From Callorhinchus milii (Eukaryota), in NCBI RefSeq assembly GCF_018977255.1, contig NW_024704758.1:2604001-2668000 (forward strand): a stretch of 64,000 nucleotides of DNA, given 5' to 3'. Shown piece after piece: positions 26,151 to 36,950 of this stretch (within the stretch, counting starts at the first letter, position 1; each line of letters opens with the position of its first letter). The translations under genes were made by a program, and so were the position numbers. Under the pieces are notes generated by a model. It saw only the letters and a program-made list of their open reading frames with translations, was not told the origin of the DNA and made no database searches.

Positions 26151-27529
26151 AGGATCTGCCGGTGGATATTGATCAACAGTTGCCCTTTCTACTTGATATC
26201 AACAGATGCACCAGAGTTTCCTATTCTAAGAGTACAAAGTCTGTTTAAGAATAACTATAACAATGTCTGTTGCATAATTAACACAGGCAGATAGATTGTT
26301 TGCTTTCTAGGATGCTGCTTTTTTTTAGGTTTACTGGAATCGCTTTGTTCAGAAACTTTTGCTTCCTAAAGTACATTGAGGAAAGCTGTGTGGTGGTCAC
26401 TTTGAGGTTAGCATCGTGGATCACTTAATCACTTAATAGCACTGTGTACTCTTGTTTCCTCAACAGAGAGCAGCATTAGTACAACAACTCCCAAGTGCAC
26501 ATTCTCTCCACTCGATTGGTAGTTTGTGTAACTGACCAGTTTCCAGCTAGTGCGATGACCAGATCTGCCCTGCTAAAAAAAAATCTCTGTGCCATTTCAG
26601 TCTCCTGCACTGGACCGAAAAAGCCTTAATTTTTCTCTTATAAACACAACGCTTTATGACCTGATGGTCCTTTTGCTGTGTTTCTTTATCGAAGCTGATC
26701 TAGACCAGTTGCCATCGATCACATTTCCAAGATTGCCTGTTTGTTTCGGATCACTTCACTCTCTAATGTCTGTCCATGTAGAATGATGGTGTTTTGTAGA
26801 GCACAATGGCTTGGAAGAGCTTTGTTCTGTGTTCTGAGGACCGCATTAAAAAGATATTTTGTTTAACAATTCTATTGGTATTCTTGGTTGACACCGGAAA
26901 ACTCTCATCTTCCTACTTGGTAAACCCTCAACCAGTAATAATTGAAAACCAAACTGAGTTATTAAAAAACCTGAAGGGATATGGGCTGGGATGTCAAATC
27001 AATAAAAACATATGAATTGTGGAACTGGGTGGTGATTGCAGAAGTATAAAAAGCAGAAAGCAGAGGTCCTCACACACATCCACACCACACACACCAGGGA
27101 ATATTCTTGATGCTGGAGAAATGATGAATGTTAATAAGATGAACTTCCCTCAAATTATGATTAAAAAGCGGAAGTATCCACCTTTTAGCTAGACATATTA
27201 CATATTTAGCATAATAAATAATAATTTTGTACAGTGCTTTTTACATCAAGAGGATGTCAAAACTGCTTGATAGGATATATGGTAGAGTGGAGTGACTCCG
27301 TTTGTGGGCAAACGAGGCAGGCAATTTGCACAAAGCAATAGAGTGAGCGACCAACTCTTAAGACAATTACAGCCTGTGTTTATGTAGTGCCCTTCAGGAG
27401 AGTGGCTGTCCTTGGAACTGAACTGGCTCCAAGGTGACATGTTTGGCAATGTCAGAATCGAGCCAGCCCACTCTAGAGGGCTCGGTATTCCGGTTCCTGA
27501 GACAGGCGGGTGTACAGTATTCCGGAGCA

Positions 27530-28378
27530 CTGCTGATGGAGTTCAGAGCCTCCCCACCTCAGGCGCTGACAGCTTCAGCATCCAAGGCTGCACTCTCCAC
27601 CTCTCAAAGCCGGTCAGGAACCTCGGTGTTCTGTTCGACCCTGAGCTGTCCTTTTTTCCTCATATCCGCGCCACAACTGGCACCGCCTTCCATCACCTCC
27701 GAAACATCACCAGACTACGGCACTACCTCACCCCTCACGCTGCTGAAATGCTGATCCATGCGTTTATCACCTCAAGGCTGGACTACGGGAACTCTCTCCT
27801 CGTCGGCCTTCCCGGCACCTCCCTCCACAAGCTGCAGGTCATTCAGAACTCTGCAGCTCGTGTACTGTCCCGCACCAGGCTTCGGGACCACATCACTCCC
27901 ACCCTCGCTCGCTTCCACTGGCTCCCCATCCCCCAGAGGATCGAATTCAAGATCCTCATCCTCACCTACAAGCCATTCCCGGCCTTGCTCCCTCCTACCT
28001 ACTATCCCCCTACCTACCTGCCCTTACCCTCCGTTCCTCTGGCTCCGGTCTGCTCCACATCCCCCGCCCTAACCGCCCTACCATCGGTGGCCGGGCCTTC
28101 AGCCTCTCAGCCCCTCGGCTCTGGAACTCCATCCCCCAATGCCTTCGCTTTGCTTCCTCCCTTTCCTCCTTCAAGGCCGGTCTCAAGACCTTTCTCTTCA
28201 ACCGTGCCTTCAGCTCCCCTTTCGACTCTCTACCCCTTCCTCGCTCCCTCCCTTCCCTCCCCTCACCCTGACCATTTCCCCCCTGCTCGGGTCCCGAACC
28301 AACTGCGCCTCGGGACGTCCTCCCGAAGTGAAAGGCGCTCTATAAATGCAATCTTGTTGTGGTTGTTGTTGTTGCTGA
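27530..28378 (+). mobile_element. L2-clade LINE 3' portion
   Basis: ORF 27412-28389 contains VRNLGVLFDPELSF..AFITSRLDYGNSLL..IQNSAARVL..HWLPIPQRIEFKILILTYK, with a frameshift and (GTT)n tail. Confidence 0.92.
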
Positions 28379-29438
28379 TGACAGTGTAGCCAGCCTGGCT
28401 CATTGGTAGAACTTGGAAAGTCAAACCAGTCACTGGGCAGGGAATCCTCCCGCTCAGTTCCCATTAACCCTGCAAGACAAAGCCCAAACTGATAGGGTGG
28501 TCCTAACTGGACAAGGAGCGGGAAAGCTTGTCAAGTCAGTGCTCTCAATGGTAAGCTATACGGGTTTTGCTGGTTAAGACTCCAGCAGTTACCCCAACAC
28601 ACACTCTGGGGTCTCCAAGCTTTGGCTCTTAACAACCTGTGCCTAATACTCTCCGGAATTAGGTAAACAGGATGTGTCCCCCTTCCCCCTTCCCAGTGAG
28701 AGAGTGCTCATTCCATTCCAAAAACCTATTTAGGGATTTCCATGTGTAGGTGCCATGTATACATTGCTGTGCGCAATTGGCTGCCGCGTTCGCCCACAAA
28801 TATACAGTCAATTCACTTTACAGTGTGTTCTGTGAAGCGCTTTGGGACGTCCTCCCGACGTGAAAGGCGCTATATCAAATGCAAGGATTATTATTATTAT
28901 TATTATTATTATTATAGGTGGCCTGCATGGAAATCTCAGCTTGTTTGGAATACTGTTAAGCATGGTGATGGGTTTCCAGACAGGTCAGACACCCGACTGA
29001 CCTAAAAGAACGTTTGCTAATCATTCTCATTACACTGCAGAGCGATAGAATCTGCTTCCAGTCGAACTTGAAAATGTCAAAAGACAAGATTCAGTTTCGA
29101 TTCTGCTGAAACAAAATCCAGCATCACAGATCCTGGCTCTAGCTTCCTGGAATTCATGTGGTTTGGCACATCCATACTCACACCCATTTGCAGAATTGTT
29201 ACAGTTTACCAGGAAGGCAACAATAAGGATTTCTAACCGGCACTAAACTGCAATAACTCAGTCCTCGTCAAATTCCACCGGCTCCCTTTCACAGAGCAGA
29301 TTGATTTCAAGACCCTCACTCATGTATTTGAATCCCTTCAAACCCTAACAGTGCCCATCCCACCACCATTTCTCCAACCTGCTCTCTCCCTACACCACTA
29401 CCCATTGCCTCCGCTCAACTGGCTCCGGCCTCCTCCTT

Positions 29439-29759
29439 GTGGAGTCCTGTAGCTCAATGGTTAGAGCACTCGCTTTGCAAGTGAGAGACCTGAGTTCAAT
29501 TCCAGGCAGAGGGCGAAACCTTGGGCAAGTTTCCTTACTCCACACAGAGCCTAATAATAATCCCTCCAAAAAACAAAAACAATAATAAATTGGTCATTTT
29601 CAATCTACGACTGTTTGTGGGACATTGCTGTGCGCAATTGGCTGCCGCGTTCGCCCACAAATATACAGTCAGTTCACTTTGCAGTATATTCTGTGAATAG
29701 CTTTGGGACGTCCTCCCGACGTGAAAAGCGCTATATCAAATGCAAGGATTATTATTATT
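29439..29759 (+). mobile_element. Young SINE nested inside an old L2 fragment (about 29270-30007)
   Basis: L2 sequence GGCTCCGGCCTCCTCCTTGT|SINE|CCCCCGCACC continues across the insertion; possible short TTGT target-site duplication. Confidence 0.85.
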
Positions 29760-31597
29760 GTCCCCCGCACCCTCCACCCAGTCGGGGCGACCGTGCTTTC
29801 AGTCACTACACCCCGAAGCAGTGTATCTCTGTCCCTCAGTCCTTTTGCCTTGCTCCCACTCTTACCATTATTCAAGCCACGCTCGAAGTCCTTCCTCTTT
29901 GCCTGTGCCTACGGTCACTATCCCCCCCACCACCACCTCGGCACTGTTAAGCGCTCCGAGACACCGTCTGGCGGGAAGGGCACTATATAAATGTAAGTTG
30001 TTGTTGTATTCAGAGCAAGAGCTGTTCCAACTTAAAAATGCAGCCAATGAGTTAACCTTGAACAGAGTGGCCCCTGGCACCAGGCTGATTGTTAGGCACT
30101 GATGACAAACATAAACGTATTTTTATGGAGCCCGAAGGCACACCTCTTCCTTTCCAGCTCTTTCCAGTGTCTGCTTGCTACAAGCCGATTTGCAACTTGC
30201 CCTTACTTGCCAAAGTTCTGGAATATGTTGTTGCAATCAACTTGGCACACACTCCAGTCTGGATTTCGCCCCGTCCACAGCACAGAATCACACAAGACGT
30301 TTTCCCTCTCTGTGGCCAGGGGCCCCTCTGCCTCCTTATTCCTTCTCTTCAAAGCTATCAGGTCAGACACAAAGTCGGAAGTGGGACACGCTGGGGTTAA
30401 CCCTCTCACAGCGTATTGGGTCAAGAGCCAGGCAGGAACAGCCAATGGGAGGTTTATTATTGCACACAATTGCAAGGTCAAACAGCACAAAGTGAACTCT
30501 GTTGAAAGGAGCCCTTCTCCGCATCTCACGAGGCAGGAATTTCGTGAGAAATTCATGAGATAAGCTTGGCCGTTGGACAGTTATAACTTCAAGGAATGTG
30601 GAATGCCCTACCAAGTAAAGTAGTAGAGGCAGAGGCCATTTCAAGAGGGAAGTGGACGGGTACACAAGTCCCTGAAAGATAGAGGCTTGAAGGGGGATGG
30701 GGATAGGATACTGCCGGGCAGTCAGGGATTGAATGGACAGCTAGCTCTGAGTGGCGAGGGCAGCATGGCCTGCTTCTATCCTGTAAATGTCTATGATTCT
30801 CACAAGTTTGACCCAGGGAGATGTCTGCATGCAACAAGAGGTTGATGTTATAGCACCTTTGGTTCTGAGGGCTGTTGTGGTCGAGGTGAGTTAGGTGAGT
30901 CAACAACACACAGCGGCCCCAAACGATCACATCAGATGATCGTGGTTTGGCAGTTGCCATAACAGCACAAATACAGGCTTCATGCTCAGGTCCAATGCTA
31001 TCGGTGAGAATGTAGGAAATTGTTCAATGAAATTGTGGAATAAGGACAAGCTGTTGAAACTCACCCGTTGACTGATGAGATAATAATAATGATAATAATA
31101 ATAATCCTTGCATTTGATACAGCGCCTCATCAGGTCATTGGGACATCACAAAGCACTTCACAGAATATATTGTAAAGTGGATTGACTGTATTTTGTGGGG
31201 GATACACGGCAGCCAATTATTTGCAGACTGCAGTGTCCCACAAACAGTGGTGGATTGAGCGACCAAAAATTAGCTAACTACTATGCTGCAGGACTCCAAA
31301 ATAGGCACATCTGTCTGCTTGTAAAGCCATTAGATACAGCAAGGTGGCCAAAAAAACCTGGAGCTTTACGTACAATAAGGAAATGCAAGTGTTATTACGG
31401 TTTTGATATTGTGTGCAAGGGGTGGATTGCTTTATTTGGTCGTTCAGAGTTCAACGTCCATCTTAGTTAGAAAAGCAAAAGTAAAATCGAGTCAATTATT
31501 TCCTCCATCCACCGCGTCCCCACCCCACGCACACACACACGCACACACATCGCCTAACCTGCCTGAAGCTGAGCTGAGCCTCAGTACAGGGATCACA

Positions 31598-32494
31598 ATG
31601 GTTCACCCAGCTGTGAGCATTGCTCACAACTCATGCATAAAGGTGCAGCCACCGCCAGTGGACTACTCGGTCACTATTGTTGAGGTGGAAGAGGATGGCT
31701 CTCCCGTGAAGGATCACTTTGTGTGGTCTATTGTCTCCTTCGTCCATTTTAATTTCTGCTGTCTTGGACTCTGGGCTTTGATCTTTTCAGTTAAGGTGAG
31801 TCCTGCTAATCCGAACAAGCCACTGACGGGAAACCAATTGAGGTGTTTGTGTCAAAAATGTTAGTGGGATTGAAAAAGTGAACTGAGATCAATAAGTTAG
31901 GATGTATCAAGTCAAAATGACTTGCATTTATATAGCTCCTCCTCAAGCAGGGTAGTGTCCCAGAACAAGAGGACGCAGATTTAGAGTTTATATGCATTTA
32001 TATAGCGGCTTTCAAGTCGGGATGAGCCCATGGAACTGCAGCCCAAGGTGAGGAGGCCAGACCGGATGAGGGAGAGGTCTAGACAAGCACAGGACCCGAG
32101 CAAAGCAATGCAGACAGCGCCAGCGCTAAAACTCAGGTCTTAAAAAAACACTGTGGAGGAGGGAAGATGACCAAAGGTGCCATAGAAAAGGAAGGTCTTG
32201 AGATGGGCCTACGAAGGAGGCAAGGGGTGAGATGGAGGGGCTCCGGGATGGAGTTCCAGAGGAAACGAAGACCGTGAAAAATTCCAGCCTCTGACTTCTA
32301 AAATTTATCTCAAAGTCCTAATCACTATCACTTTTTCTCCCTCATCTCAGGCTAGAGATCAGAAATTTATGGGAAACATGAATAAAGCTCGAGAGTATGG
32401 ATCCAAGGCCATGAACCTGAATGTAACGGCTTTCTCCCTGACTGTTAGTTTCTTGCTCTTGCTGGTGTACTTGATTACTGTTTGCCATGGGTGA
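31598..32494 (+). CDS. IFITM: IFITM/dispanin gene D, 113 aa, IFITM5-like loop; exons 31598-31795 and 32351-32494
   Basis: Exon 1 reads MVHPAVSIAH...PVKDHFVWSIVSFVHFNFCCLGLWALIFSVK|gtgagt. Exon 2 reads cag|ARDQKFMGNMNKAREYGSKAMNLNVTAFSLTVSFLLLLVYLITVCHG*. AATAAA at 32810. Confidence 0.92.
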
Positions 32495-34935
32495 GGGACA
32501 CTCCCTGAAGAGTAAGGTCTCTCATCTTCACACTCCCAGGAACAAGATGGAGAAAGCACAACAGCAGAGCAAATCGCAAGCTAACCGGACCCCAGCACAG
32601 TTTTGATTATTTTTTTTAAAAAATCTGTTACAATTGGTGTGTTTATTGCAATGAAATGATCATTAACTGCTCCAATGTTGCTCTACCCAGCTGGGCATGG
32701 AAAATGCTGATCTGTAGTACACGTTAGATCCAAATAGTTTGCTTTTGGGGAGGAGGGTGGGGATGGGAACTCATATTCAATGCTATAACTGTCATGAAAT
32801 ACATTGCAGAATAAAATCAATGCTTGCTTTGAGAAACTTGGTTTAATGAAAGCGACAATTTAATGAAAGGTACCAACACAGATCATGATGGCATCTTCTC
32901 ATCTTTCATACATTGTGCTGCACTGTAAGACGAAAGCCTCTCCTACCCAATTGGAAACACTAAATAATAATAATAATCCTCGCATTTGATATAGCGCCTT
33001 ATCACGTCTTTGAGACGTCTCAAAGCGCTTCACAGAATACACTGTAAAGCGAAGTGACTGTATATATTTTGTTGCAGCATGATATCAGACAGGCTTGGGT
33101 GTGAGCCACTTGGCCACATTTATATGTTTTAATGTGAGTGAAGAGCTGACAATCTTGGCAGCTCTGCTTTAGAAGAGGATCTGGTACTCATATGGTGGTT
33201 AGTGCAACAATCTTCCTGTACGGAACTCTACAACTACCATTTGTTTTCCATTCTCTTTGCCAACGCTCCCCTCTCCTCCGATATAGGCATTCAACTCCTT
33301 TTCGCGTCTATCGAACACCATTCTGCACCTTACCCACATGCGAGTCCAGCCCAGGTTATTTTTTCTCAGCCAGATAAATAATTCATTCTTAAAGTCCACC
33401 TAACACTCAACCCTTCACAGAAACTATGAAACGTCCAAGGTTTAAAAAAAACACAGGTTTCAGGTGCAGCAGTAATAGTAAAATAATAAAAACCGTGCAT
33501 TTGATAGATCACATCATCATGTGTTTGCCTCGAGATGTCTCAAAGAGTGCCAGAGCAGTTACTATTAAGTGTGGTGACTGTTTGTAGGTAGGACCGGGGT
33601 GGGAGGGGATGCCGGGGGTGAAAAGAGAGAGATAAAGCACTTGTATGTTCAGAGGTGCTGTCTTCTGTTAAATCAAAGTCTCGCCAGTCTGTTCTCAAAG
33701 TGCATGTCAAAAGATCGTGTGCCACTATTCACAAGAGAAGGGAGTGCAAGGTGAAGGCTTTTTAGAATTCTCTCCCCAATCCCTCCACCTCATCCCCATC
33801 TTCCCCTCTTAGATCAAGACCTTCCTCTTCGACTGTGTTCATGGTAACCTCCTCCTCCTCCTCCCCCGAAGACTCGGCCTCTTTTAGCTCTTTTTAGGAC
33901 TTTTAGCTCCTATTGCAGACTGACACTCACAGTCAGTAACTACACTGTCAGAGGTGCCGTCCTTCGCATGGGGCCCCCCACACCAAGCTTCTGCCTCTGC
34001 CAGTTCAGTGTCAAAGATCCCATTTTAATACCGAAGAGAACTTCTCCCACAGATAACATAGGACATTTACCTCATGGCTGTGTGTGGCACTTACCTGTGT
34101 GCAAATTAATTACCGCATTTGACTTATAAACAACTACAGTCACGATAGTTAACAGTAAGTTCCTTATAATGTTTCCAACTGCTGTGTGAAGCACTTGGAA
34201 ACATTATAAGGAACTAACACAAATATTATTGTTTCAAAGGTTACCTAACCCATGCTTTAACATATGGTGAGTGCAGTTTATTTATTAACTCAGTGGCTGA
34301 GGTCCAATAATTAGTCTTACTAGTTTACAATACAGAAAATAGAGTCATCTCACAGTGAAAAAAAATAAAAAGCGAGAAGCCCTATTATGTATCTGGCTGC
34401 AGGGTCTCTTAATGTTTGCAGATATTTAACCCAGTTTCCCTCTGATCAGTTTGAGGCTTGATATTACAATAGTAATTCTTGCATTTGATACAGCACCTTA
34501 CCATATCTTCAAGACGTCTAAAGCGCTTCACAGAATATACTGTAAACTGACCGTAGATTGACCGTAAAAGCAATCCGCCAATCGACTAACAAACTGGTTC
34601 CTACTTACTGTTGAGGTAAACAGAGGCTTGTGGAATAAGCAAACTTGCATACCATTTCGCCCTGCCCGGGAATGGAGCCCATAACCTTTTGTTTGTAAGG
34701 CGAGTGCTCTAACCAATCTGCTACAGGAGTCCTCATTAGAAAAACAGGCATCCAAAGTTTTGTAATATTGCAGCAGTAAAGCAATAGCAAATGTTAGCAT
34801 GGCTACAATGTCTGCAGAGAAGACAATATATAGCTTGGGTGTACTGCCTGGAGGGCATTACAAAGCTCCACAACACTAAAGCCTGTTAGATGTTAGACCG
34901 ACGACGTACATCAATATTGTCAGTTTTAATTATAT

Positions 34936-35258
34936 TAATAATAATAATCCTTGCATTTGATATAGCGCTTTTCACGTCGGGAGGACGTCCCAAAGCGCTT
35001 CACAGAATATACTGCAAAGTGAATTGACTGTATATTTGTGGGCGAACGCGGCAGCCAATTGCACACCACAATGTCCCACAAACAGTCGTAGATTGAAAAT
35101 GACCAATTTATTATTGTTCTTGTTTTTTTGGAGGGATTATTATTAGGCTCTGTGTGGAGTAAGGAAACTTGCCCAAGGTTTCGCCCTCTGCCTGGAATTG
35201 AACTCCGGTCTCTCGCTTCCAAAGTGAGTGCTCTAACCACTGAGCTACAGGACTCCAC
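34936..35258 (-). mobile_element. tRNA-derived SINE, young subfamily, full length
   Basis: Reverse complement of the 1786 copy. Confidence 0.9.
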
Positions 35259-36374
35259 AAATATTCTGTGAAGCACTTTGAGATGTCTAGAAGACGTGAA
35301 AAGCGCTATATCAAATGCGAGGATTATTATTATTATTAATCCAATGTAAAAAATGGAAGTTTAACCCATGCCAAAATTGAGACCAAGTTAAGACAGGAAA
35401 CAGTGCACCACAATTACAATTACTCTATGCAAGGCAATTTTTGGCCAGATTAAAACAAACTGGCTCCATTGCCACGCTGGCGATCCAATAAAGAGCATTA
35501 TAACTGAGTCACAGAAAGGTCATTCGCAAAATGTCACCTCACAAGAGCCAAGTAATAGAGCTTGGAATTTTCCAATACTTTAGGGAAACTCCAGCATTTC
35601 CAGCACCGCACCACAACCACAACATTGGGAAATTGTCATGATGTGTAACTCGGCTTCAGGATATTAGTATAGTGGTGGGAGTGAGCTGGGGAAACTACCG
35701 CCCACACAGCCTACATTCCTGTTCAATACTTGCTCCATCCCATCATTTGGATGGCAAGTTAGCCTCTGGTGAGCGTGAGAAGAACATGATAACAATCCCT
35801 GTATTTAACACACTGCCTATTAATAACATAGCCTGGAGTGCTTCAAACATAACCATTCAGGTTACTTTAAACAATAGTAATTGAGCTCTTTCCCTCTCCA
35901 CATTCACAACCCACTTAAAGACCCATCTCTTCGACCATGCTTTCCATCACCTTTTCCCTCCCATTCTCAGCTCCCCGTTACCCCACTCCCAACCCAGTTT
36001 GCATTTGAAGAGGTCTCCTGTACCATGTGAAAGGCGTATCGAGATGTAAATGTAGTGGTGAGAGCACCTGCATCACAAGCGAGAGGTCCTGGGTTCGATT
36101 CCCGGGCAGGGCGTAACGTTGGGCAAGTTTCCTTACTCCACACACCTCTGTTTACTCGAGCAGTAAGTACGAACCCGGTTGTTAGTCGATTGGTAGATCG
36201 CTTTTTCAGGGGTAATAATTCCTTTTTTAAAAAAATGTGTTCACTCTCCCCCTCCCACCCACCATGTGAAAGGCGCTATCTAAATGTAAATTATTTTACA
36301 TACAAATAAATATAAACACCTGATTCTGAGTAGTGGAGCGCTCCCTTCTGGACGTTAGTGGTATTTACATAGAA

Positions 36375-36950
36375 TTACAGTATATGGAACACTACAACAC
36401 AGAAGCAGACCACTGGGCCTGACTAGCCTGTGTTGGTGTTTATCAAGTTCTTTTTTTTGCTCTCGATCGTCTCTTGTCCAGAGCTTTAACCTGTCCAGTC
36501 TTTCTTGGTCACTGTATCCACTAATCCCTGGTAACTGTGCTGTACTCTCTCCAAAACTGCAATATCCTTCCTGTGGTATGACAACCTGAACCACACGGGG
36601 CTCCAAATGTGGTCTAATTCTGATTTTATAGGAATTTAACAATACTTCCCTACTTTTGTACTTTATCCCTCTGCACATAAAGCCAACAATTCTTATGAAG
36701 TCTTCATGGACTTGTCCACCTATGCTGCTATATTTAGACTGAATCCCCAGATCCCTTTGATCCTTAAAAGCCTCTGACGTTCTTACCATCCAGGGTACAG
36801 TCGGCTTCCATATTCGTCTCACCAAAAATGAACCCCTTCAAATTTCGCTGACGTTAAACTTCACCTGCCACCTATCCGCCCATTCCGCAAGCTTGTTAGT
36901 CTCCCTGCATCCTTTTGGCAATTCTCTTCATTATTTATCGAACTTTTCAT
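36375..36950 (-). mobile_element. Degenerate CR1 LINE 3' fragment
   Basis: ORF 36355-36825 contains RDLGIQ..RGIKYKSREVLLNSYKIRIRPHLE. Confidence 0.75.
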
